Positions 57,129 through 64,000 of a DNA stretch of 64,000 nt are shown here, piece by piece. Source of the DNA: Thermoanaerobaculia bacterium (GTDB taxonomy: Bacteria > Acidobacteriota > Thermoanaerobaculia > Multivoradales > Multivoraceae); the NCBI GenBank assembly GCA_963666565.1, contig OY762911.1, positions 1,888,001 to 1,952,000 on the forward strand. The letters run 5' to 3'. The notes under the pieces were generated by a model that saw only the letters and a list, made by a program, of their open reading frames with translations, made no database searches and was not told the DNA's origin. The stretch's first letter is position 1. Each line of letters starts with the position of its first letter. The position numbers and the translations under genes were made by a program.

Positions 57129-57476
57129 ACACGGGCACGGCGATCATCCTCAGCCCCGGGCGCTTCGACCGGAGGCGCTGCCAAGCGTCGTAGGACCTCG
57201 CCGCGAGTCAGCTTCCGTCCATCCGCCCGGCGGTGCGACGCTTGGAGTGCCGCCGAGTTGCTCGACCGAATGCGCCGGAAGACCGTGCAGTTTCGCCGCG
57301 GCCGCTCGATCCATCGAAGGAAGATTGTGTCAAGATCATGTTTACTAGTCAATATGTAACGAGAAGTTCGCGTTTCGTCCCGGGCAGGCGTTTCCGACCG
57401 CTGGCGCCGGCGGGTGCCGGGTGCCCGACCCGCGCACGCTGCAGAGGTGCCCTTCTCCTGCCTGTATCTTTCGCCG

Positions 57477-58814
57477 GTGGCGACTTCCCTGATCGTTCCG
57501 ACCGTTGACCGCGTCGACGACCTGGCCCGCTGCCTGGCATCCGTCGCGCGGCTGCGGCCCGGCTTCGACGAGGTGATCGTCGTGGGGCAGGGCGACGAAG
57601 GCCGCACGCGGGAGGTGCTGGCGCGGTTCCCGGATCTGCCGGTCACGCTCCTGCGTTCGGAGGCGTTGTCGCTGCCCCGGGCGCGCAACGTGGGGATCGA
57701 ACGGGCCCGCGGCGACTGCCTGTTCTTCGTTGACGACGACACCGAGCTGCCGCCCGGCTACGTCGCGGCGGCCCTGGACGCCTTCAAACGGCATCCCGAG
57801 GCCGTCGGCCTGACCGGGACCGCGGTGAGCGCCGGGGCTACTGCCAGTGCTGGCGAGGCTTCGGCTCGAACTGAGGATGCGGGGCCACGGACGCACCACA
57901 CCGGGTGCGCCGGGGTGCCATCCGGTTGCCGCCGCAGGCGGCCAGAGAACGCGCCGCGAAGCGGCCGCGTCCGCCGCTGGGCCGGCATCGGCGTCCCGGA
58001 ACGGCTGAAGCACGCCCTGTACGCCTTGCTCCTGGTGTACTCCTGGCGCCGCAACCGGGTGCTGCGGTCCGGCAGCGCCAGCTTCGCGCACGGCGCGGCG
58101 GCGGGGCAGCCGCACGAGGCGGAGTGGCTGCACGGCTGCAACTGCGTGTACCGCCGCCGCGTCTTCGACGACGGGTTCCGCTTCGACGAGGACCGCCTCG
58201 GCTGGGCCCGCGACGAGGACGTGGATCTGTCGTACCGGGTCCACAAGCGCTACGGCCGCGGCTCGCTGCGGTTCGAGCCTGCCCTGTCGCTGACGCACCA
58301 CTCCGGCGCCGACCACGCGGACCGCCTCGAGTCCCCCGAGGCGATGATCCGGATGAAGGTCGTCTACCGGTACATCTTCTGGCGCCTCGAGGTCTACGGC
58401 GGCTCGCCCCTCAACCTCCTCTGCTACCTGTGGGGCCAGCCCGGCTTCGTGCTGTTCCACCTCCTGAACCACCTGCGGGCGCGCCGCCGCTGGCGCATCC
58501 TCCGCGCCGCGGCGAGCGCCTACCTGTACCTCCTGCGGCGGCCGCGGGCGGCGGTGGAGGACCGCGCCGCCACGAACCGTTTCGTGCTGCGAGGGGCTGG
58601 CGGACGGCAGCGCGGCGGGTCGCTGGCGCCCGCCGAGAACTTCGCCGCCGAAGCCGACCGCGCGCGTCCATCCTTCCTGGCCGAGATCTGGGCGTTCATG
58701 GCCGTCAACAAGAAGTGGTGGCTGCTGCCGATCATCGTCGTCCTGTCGCTCTTCGGCGTGCTGCTGTGGCTCTCCAGCACCGCCGTGGCGCCCTTCATCT
58801 ACCCGCTGTTCTAG
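57477..58814 (+). CDS. GT2 glycosyltransferase fused to a C-terminal DUF5989 (SxtK-like) membrane peptide
   Basis: SLIVPTVDR, FFVDDD, EDVDLSY, then SFLAEIWAFMAVNKKWWLLPIIVVLSLFGVLLWLSSTAVAPFIYPLF. Confidence 0.82.
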   Translation: MATSLIVPTVDRVDDLARCLASVARLRPGFDEVIVVGQGDEGRTREVLARFPDLPVTLLRSEALSLPRARNVGIERARGDCLFFVDDDTELPPGYVAAALDAFKRHPEAVGLTGTAVSAGATASAGEASARTEDAGPRTHHTGCAGVPSGCRRRRPENAPRSGRVRRWAGIGVPERLKHALYALLLVYSWRRNRVLRSGSASFAHGAAAGQPHEAEWLHGCNCVYRRRVFDDGFRFDEDRLGWARDEDVDLSYRVHKRYGRGSLRFEPALSLTHHSGADHADRLESPEAMIRMKVVYRYIFWRLEVYGGSPLNLLCYLWGQPGFVLFHLLNHLRARRRWRILRAAASAYLYLLRRPRAAVEDRAATNRFVLRGAGGRQRGGSLAPAENFAAEADRARPSFLAEIWAFMAVNKKWWLLPIIVVLSLFGVLLWLSSTAVAPFIYPLF

Positions 58815-58828
58815 CCTCGCCCGCAGCC

Positions 58829-61114
58829 ATGTCGGCGATCCTTGGCATTTCGGCCTTTTACCACGACTCGGCGGCGGCGCTGGTGGTGGACGGCGAGATC
58901 GTCGCGGCGGCGCAGGAAGAACGCTTCAGCCGCCGCAAGCACGACGATTCGTTCCCGGCCCAGGCGATCCGGTACTGCCTGGACGAGGCGGGAATCGCTC
59001 CGGAGGAGCTCGACTACGTGGGCTTCTACGAGAAGCCGTTCCTGAAACTGGAGCGCCTGCTGGAGACCTACCTTGCGACCGCTCCGCGCGGGTTCCGTTC
59101 GTTCCTGGAGTTCGCGCCGCTGTGGGCGAAGCGGAAGCTCCACCTCCCCCGCGAGATCGGCCGCGGGCTGCCCGGCTACCGGCGGCAGATCGTCTTCGCC
59201 GAGCACCACGAGTCGCACGCGGCGAGCGCCTTCTTCCCGTCGCCCTTCGACGAGGCGGCGATCCTGACGCTGGACGGCGTCGGCGAGTGGGCGACGGCCA
59301 CGTACGGGACCGGCCGGGGCAATCGCGTCGAGCTGGCCCGCGAGGTCCGCTTCCCGCACTCGCTCGGGCTGCTGTACTCGGCCTTCACCTGGTTCACCGG
59401 CTTCCGGGTGAACTCGGGCGAGTACAAGCTGATGGGCTTGGCGCCCTACGGGACCCCGAAGTACGCGGACCGCATCCGCGAGCACCTGATCGACCTGAAG
59501 CCCGACGGCTCGTTCCGGCTCGACATGTCGTACTTCGGCTACTGCCACGGACTGCGGATGACCTCGAACCGGTTCCACGCGCTCTTCGGCGGACCGCCGC
59601 GGCGGCCAGAGTCGCCGATCGGGCAGCGGGAAATCGACATTGCCGCGTCGATTCAGGCGGTCGCCGAGGAAGCGATGCTGGCGGCGGCGCGCCACGTCCA
59701 CGCCGAGACGGGGATGCGCAACCTCGTCCTCGCCGGGGGCGTCGCGCTGAACTGCGTCGGCAACGGACGCATCCTGCGCGAAGGCCCCTTCGACGACGTC
59801 TGGATCCAGCCGGCCGCGGGCGACGCGGGCGGCGCGCTGGGGGTGGCGCTCCTCATCTGGCACCAGTTGCTCGACCGCCCGCGGCAGGCGCGGACGCCGG
59901 ACGCCCAGCGCGGGTCGCTGCTCGGCCCGCGGGCGGCAGACGACGACGTCCGGGCCTTCCTCGACGGCGCGGGCGCGGTCTACGAGGAGTACGCGGACGA
60001 CGCGTCCCTGTGCGAAGCGGTGGCCGGCCTGCTGGCGGACGAGCAGGTGGTGGGCTGGTTCCAGGGCCGGATGGAATTCGGCCCGCGCGCCCTCGGCGCG
60101 CGCAGCATCCTGGGAGACGCGCGCAGCCCCGTCATGCAGTCGGTACTGAACCGCAAGATCAAGTTTCGCGAGTCGTTCCGCCCGTTCGCGCCGTCCGTGC
60201 TCCGCGAGCGGGTCGACGAGTTCTTCGAGATGCGGCCGCGCTCGAACAGCCCCTACATGCTGTTCGTCGCTCCGGTGCGCGAGTCCCGGCGCATTGCGGT
60301 CGACGAGACGGAAACGGCCGCTCAGGGGATCGAGCGGTTGCAGGCGCCTCGGTCCGACGTTCCGGCCGTCACCCACGTCGACTACTCGGCGCGCGTCCAG
60401 ACCGTCGACGCGGACCAGCACGGGCGCTACGCCGCGCTGCTGCGGGCCTTCGAGGCGAAGACCGGCTCTCCGGTACTCGTCAACACGAGCTTCAACGTCC
60501 GGGGCGAGCCGATCGTCTGCACGCCGGAGGATGCGTGGAATTGCTTCCTCGCCACGGACATGGACGTGCTGGTGCTGGAGCGATTCGTGATCCGCAAGCG
60601 GGCACAGCCCGATGCCGACGACCCTCCGCCCGAGCTGTCGGTGCGCCGGCCTCCTGGCCGGCATCCGCCGCGACGGGTTCAGACCCGGCCGGCCTCGAAG
60701 GCCCTCCTGGAAATCAATCGGAACCCCTCGGCGCGGGAACTTCGCTGGTTCGGCCTGCTGTTGGCCGCGTTCGTCGCCGTGGCCGGCGGACTCGTACACT
60801 GGCGCCTGGAGGCCCCGGAGGCCGCGCGCATGGCCTGGGCCGCTGGCGCCGCGCTGACCGTCGTCTACGCGGCGGTCCGGCCCTGGCGTCGCTTCGTCTG
60901 GCTGGGCCTGAGCCACGCGGCGTTCCCCATCGGCTGGATCGTGTCGCACTTGGCGCTGGCCGCCAGTTACTTCCTCGTGCTGACCCCGATCGGCCTCGCG
61001 ATGCGCCCCTTCCGGCGCGACCCGCTGGCGCGGGCCCCGGACCGGTCCGCGGCCAGTCACTGGACCGCGCGCCGGCCCGTGCACGACGTGCGCCGCTACT
61101 TCCGGCAGTTCTGA
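58829..61114 (+). CDS. NodU/CmcH-family O-carbamoyltransferase fused to a C-terminal SxtJ-like membrane domain
   Basis: ILGISAFYHDSAAAL, AQEERFSRRKHD, EHHESHAASAF, GEYKLMGLAPYG, AGGVALNC, EFGPRALGARSI, NTSFNVRGEPIV, then ALLEINRNPSARELRWFG...YFLVLTPIGL...RYFRQF. Confidence 0.9.
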   Translation: MSAILGISAFYHDSAAALVVDGEIVAAAQEERFSRRKHDDSFPAQAIRYCLDEAGIAPEELDYVGFYEKPFLKLERLLETYLATAPRGFRSFLEFAPLWAKRKLHLPREIGRGLPGYRRQIVFAEHHESHAASAFFPSPFDEAAILTLDGVGEWATATYGTGRGNRVELAREVRFPHSLGLLYSAFTWFTGFRVNSGEYKLMGLAPYGTPKYADRIREHLIDLKPDGSFRLDMSYFGYCHGLRMTSNRFHALFGGPPRRPESPIGQREIDIAASIQAVAEEAMLAAARHVHAETGMRNLVLAGGVALNCVGNGRILREGPFDDVWIQPAAGDAGGALGVALLIWHQLLDRPRQARTPDAQRGSLLGPRAADDDVRAFLDGAGAVYEEYADDASLCEAVAGLLADEQVVGWFQGRMEFGPRALGARSILGDARSPVMQSVLNRKIKFRESFRPFAPSVLRERVDEFFEMRPRSNSPYMLFVAPVRESRRIAVDETETAAQGIERLQAPRSDVPAVTHVDYSARVQTVDADQHGRYAALLRAFEAKTGSPVLVNTSFNVRGEPIVCTPEDAWNCFLATDMDVLVLERFVIRKRAQPDADDPPPELSVRRPPGRHPPRRVQTRPASKALLEINRNPSARELRWFGLLLAAFVAVAGGLVHWRLEAPEAARMAWAAGAALTVVYAAVRPWRRFVWLGLSHAAFPIGWIVSHLALAASYFLVLTPIGLAMRPFRRDPLARAPDRSAASHWTARRPVHDVRRYFRQF

Positions 61115-62130
61115 TGAGGTCGGAAAGCGTCGGGACGTCGCTGGTCATCCCGACGTTTGGCCGCGTCGACTCCCTGGCAGGCTGCCTGCGCTCCATCGAG
61201 CGGGTGAAGCCGGGTTTCGACGAGATCCTCGTCGTCGCCGCCGGCGACGTGGACGGCGCGCGGCAAGCGCTCGAGCGCTTCGCCGAACTGCCGCTGACGC
61301 TCGTCGAGCATCCCGTTCGCTCGGCCGCGACGCAGCGGAATGCCGGCATCGAGCGGGCGACGGGAGACTTCGTCTTCTTCGTCGACGACGACACCGAGCT
61401 GCCGCCCGACTACGTGGCGGCGGCGCTGGCCGGGTTCGAGGCCCACCCGCGGGCGGTAGGGCTGACCGGGCCGGTGCAGGTCCCGCCGGGCCGGCCCGGC
61501 CGCCGCGGCCCGGTGTGGGTGGAGGCGTCGGACCTGCTCCTGGGGGCGCGGCCCGTCTTCCGCTCGCGGGTCCTGCGCTCGGGGTTCGCCGGGATGGCGG
61601 TGCGGCCCCTGAGACGAACGCCGCAAGCGGTGGAGTACCTCCAGGGCGAGAACGCCGTCTACCGCCGGCGGGTGTTCGACGAAGGATTCCGCTTCGAGCC
61701 CCACTTCGTCCGCTGGTCCTTCGGCGAAGACCTGATGCTGTCCTACCAGGTCCACAAGCGATACGGCCCCGGGTCGCTGCGGTGGGTTCCGGCGCTGACG
61801 CTGACGCACCATCACGACGACACGCGGAGCATCGACTACCCGGCGTCGATTCGGATGCGCGTGGTCTACCGGTTCATCTTCTGGCGGCGGGAGGTGTACG
61901 GCGGCTCGTGGTTCAACCTGTTCCGCTACCTCTGCGGCCAGGCGGCCTTCATGCTTCGGGAGGTGGCGCTCCGTCTTCCCGGCCGGCGGCGGCGGGCCTT
62001 CAGGATCGTCTGGGCGAGTTGGCGGTTCCTGCTGGCCCACTGGGACGACATCGCCGAGCACCGGATCGACTACAACCACTTCGTTCTGCACGGCGAGGCA
62101 CCGCCGGACGTGCCTCGTGGAAAAGCCTGA
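61114..62130 (+). CDS. GT2 glycosyltransferase
   Basis: SLVIPTFGR, QRNAG, FFVDDD, GEDLMLSY; TGATG coupling. Confidence 0.9.
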   Translation: MRSESVGTSLVIPTFGRVDSLAGCLRSIERVKPGFDEILVVAAGDVDGARQALERFAELPLTLVEHPVRSAATQRNAGIERATGDFVFFVDDDTELPPDYVAAALAGFEAHPRAVGLTGPVQVPPGRPGRRGPVWVEASDLLLGARPVFRSRVLRSGFAGMAVRPLRRTPQAVEYLQGENAVYRRRVFDEGFRFEPHFVRWSFGEDLMLSYQVHKRYGPGSLRWVPALTLTHHHDDTRSIDYPASIRMRVVYRFIFWRREVYGGSWFNLFRYLCGQAAFMLREVALRLPGRRRRAFRIVWASWRFLLAHWDDIAEHRIDYNHFVLHGEAPPDVPRGKA

Positions 62131-62145
62131 CCGACCCCGCATTCT

Positions 62146-62196
62146 GCGTGCGCGAGTCTTCCGACCCGCATGCCGGCGTAGCCCGGAGGCCGCCGC
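62146..62196. repeat. REP-like element copy
   Basis: GCGTGCGCGAGTCTTCCGACCCGCATGCCGGCG. Confidence 0.7.
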
Positions 62197-62215
62197 TTCA
62201 GGCATCCCGGCTTCT

Positions 62216-62965
62216 CTACCTCGTCCTGACGCCGCTACGCCGTGAAACGTCCTTCAGACGGCGCTCGAAGTAGCGCTGGAAGATCCGGTTCTCTGGATAC
62301 GAATCGGGATCGGCCCAGACCGCGCCCAAACGACCCACAAGCCCAGCGATCCAGTCGGCTGCCTGAACGGTCTGGTAGCGATGGCTCTCCAAGTGGATGG
62401 GTGGCTCGATCAAGCGCCGTCTGGGGGATTGCCCGCCGAACATGGCGCGCGCCGCGTGAGTGATCAGGGTCGGCCGCAGAGCATGCTGGTCGAGGGCAAG
62501 CAGGAAACTCGCGGGATGGACGTCGGTCGCGCAGAAGCCATCGAGTCTCTTGATCGCTTCGTCGAACACGGCTGTGTACAGCCTCTTGGAGTTGTGCTGC
62601 GCTGGCGCCAGCGTTTTCTCCGTGCCGACATAGAAGACGACGCCTCCAAGCTCGTTCAGTTCCCTGAACATTCGGTACGTGAAGTCTCGAAGCGCACGGT
62701 ACTTCTGGACGTTCTTGACCGTATAGAGACTGGACCCCTTCTTCTCCCACATCGCGGGCTGCTTGCGGGATCTCCGGATCTCGAAGTCGAGCAGGTCGCA
62801 CTTGCGCTTGAAGAACCAGGTCGCGAACCACCTCACTTGATCTGCCGGCAGGACGTAGCCGGCAAGGCCGAACACCGGACTCGTGCGGTGGTGCGGGTCG
62901 GCACGGCTCACGAACGGGCCGACATGGCCGAACTCGTCCAAGTACGCTATGTAGGTTCTCGTCAT
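62216..62965 (-). CDS. DUF3800 domain protein
   Basis: YIAYLDEFG at the N-terminus and HLESHRYQTVQAADWIAG (QxxD) at the C-terminus; lower GC than neighbours. Confidence 0.85.
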   Translation of the reverse strand: MTRTYIAYLDEFGHVGPFVSRADPHHRTSPVFGLAGYVLPADQVRWFATWFFKRKCDLLDFEIRRSRKQPAMWEKKGSSLYTVKNVQKYRALRDFTYRMFRELNELGGVVFYVGTEKTLAPAQHNSKRLYTAVFDEAIKRLDGFCATDVHPASFLLALDQHALRPTLITHAARAMFGGQSPRRRLIEPPIHLESHRYQTVQAADWIAGLVGRLGAVWADPDSYPENRIFQRYFERRLKDVSRRSGVRTR

Positions 62966-62986
62966 CTGGACAGTCCGTAGGGGCCA

Positions 62987-63062
62987 GAGACACGAAGACC
63001 CACGCCGCAGCGTGGGCCTCGGAACGAGAGCATGAAGGGTTGCGGAACCCTCCCGGCGTCTC
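62987..63062 (-). ncRNA. Putative DUF3800-associated structured RNA
   Basis: 7-bp closing stem GAGACGC/GUGUCUC enclosing hairpins AGGGUU-CCGC-AACCCU and GAGGCCCACGC-UGCG-GCGUGGGUCUU. Confidence 0.6.
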
Positions 63063-63069
63063 GGCGGAG

Positions 63070-63099
63070 AGACTACAGCCGAGGGTGACTGGTCGTCAA
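63070..63099 (-). promoter_or_regulatory. Sigma70-type promoter for the RNA-DUF3800 unit
   Basis: TTGACG (63099-63094)-N18-TAGTCT (63075-63070), 7 nt before the closing stem. Confidence 0.65.
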
Positions 63100-63175
63100 G
63101 GAGTGGGTCGGGAATTCCCGACGACCATGCCCGAGGAGGCGCCAGCCGAAGCGGAGCTGGCCTTACGGCCGGCGC

Positions 63176-64000
63176 CTACTTCTGGCCACCCGCGGCGGCA
63201 TGCGGATCGGACCCGCGCACCCAGCAGAGGGCCATGCAGGCCAGGTACAGGACCAGCGCCGCGGCGGTGGCGATGGCGGCGGCTTCGGCGCCGCCCGCAG
63301 GCACGAGCAGGAAGTTGAGGCCGACGTTCGTGGCCGCAGCCACGGCGGACGAGATCATCAGGTAGCGCGTCTTCGCGACGCCGTGGGCCGCCAGGTCGAA
63401 GCAGTACGAGATGCCCAGGCAGGCGTAGCCCAGGGCGATCCACACGAGCAGATCGGAGACGCCGTCGCGGTAGCTCTCGGCCAGGAGCAGCGCGGCGAGC
63501 AGGTCGCCCCACAGCCAGACCGCCGCTACTCCCGCCACGCCGACGGCCAGCGTCGCCGCCAGCATCGGGGCCGGAAGCGGCGACGCACCGTCGCGTCGGA
63601 TCTTGGCCGCCGTCGCCGTTGTCGTGCCCTCGCGTCGGACGCCGGCCGGAGTCGCCGTCGTCGCGCCTTCGCGTCGGACGCCGGCCGGCGTCGCCGTCGT
63701 CGTGCCCTCGCGACGGACGCCGGCCGGGGTCGCCGTCGTCGCGCCTTCACGGCGAACGCCGGCCGCCATCGCCGCCGGGTACATGATCTGCACCGCGGCG
63801 CCGGCGAAGATGACGAAGGGCGCCGACACGAGACCGTACGCGGCCGCGTAGAGGCCGACCTGCGAATCTCCGTGGTAGTGGCCCAGGATGAAGCGATCGC
63901 TCTCGTGCAGCAGCCATCCCAGACAGCCGGCGACCATGAGCGGCCACGCGAACGGCCAGGCCCCCGACGTCGAGAGGACGCCGGCGGGAGCGTCCGCCCG
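63176..64000 (-). CDS. Wzx-like oligosaccharide flippase, C-terminal part (truncated by the window edge)
   Basis: WLLHESDRFILG...QVGLYAAAYGL, AATNVGLNFLLVPAGGAEAAAIAT. Confidence 0.85.
   Translation of the reverse strand, partial: RADAPAGVLSTSGAWPFAWPLMVAGCLGWLLHESDRFILGHYHGDSQVGLYAAAYGLVSAPFVIFAGAAVQIMYPAAMAAGVRREGATTATPAGVRREGTTTATPAGVRREGATTATPAGVRREGTTTATAAKIRRDGASPLPAPMLAATLAVGVAGVAAVWLWGDLLAALLLAESYRDGVSDLLVWIALGYACLGISYCFDLAAHGVAKTRYLMISSAVAAATNVGLNFLLVPAGGAEAAAIATAAALVLYLACMALCWVRGSDPHAAAGGQK
63585..63763 (-). repeat. In-frame 39-bp tandem repeat (about 4.5 copies) in the flippase
   Basis: Encodes AGVRREG(A/T)TTATP x4 plus a degenerate AKIRRDGA. Confidence 0.9.

Noticed and set aside
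57477-61114. Saxitoxin biosynthesis
   Set aside because: Only SxtI/J/K-like homologs are present, with no sxtA/sxtG or other core genes. The context is polysaccharide biosynthesis.

Overview
Very GC-rich bacterial DNA, most likely Acidobacteriota (inferred from an Acidobacterial-type VWA protein and a DUF6152 gene pair). It has three blocks. (1) 1-9.3 kb: assorted secreted and membrane genes (RecG-C/wHTH fragment, DUF3500, ABC-permease-like, CBM9/DUF5916, VWA, DUF6152 pair) plus a 3x71-bp palindromic array. (2) 9.4-17.0 kb, minus strand: an apparently undescribed bacteriocin/RiPP-like locus with a CxxC redoxin, a stand-alone exported C39 peptidase, three Sec-signal precursor peptides (two with double-glycine-type leaders and Cys-flanked GxxxG cores, one Pro/Cys-rich), a frameshifted permease, an ABC ATPase and two Yip1 proteins. 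The transporter module is bracketed by two homologous ~135-nt structured RNAs, each behind its own TTGACG-N18-TAGCnT promoter. A SWIM-SNF2 helicase follows. (3) 21-64 kb: a large Wzx/Wzy-type surface-polysaccharide locus (wzc, wza, a WecA::OM beta-barrel fusion, wecB, many GT4/GT2 paralogs, duplicated Wzy-like proteins, sulfotransferases, three SGNH proteins, a carbamoyltransferase with SxtJ/SxtK-like fusions, a flippase). It carries dispersed REP-like palindromes and a DUF3800 gene preceded by a structured RNA. All family calls come from motif recognition by eye; no database searches were run.
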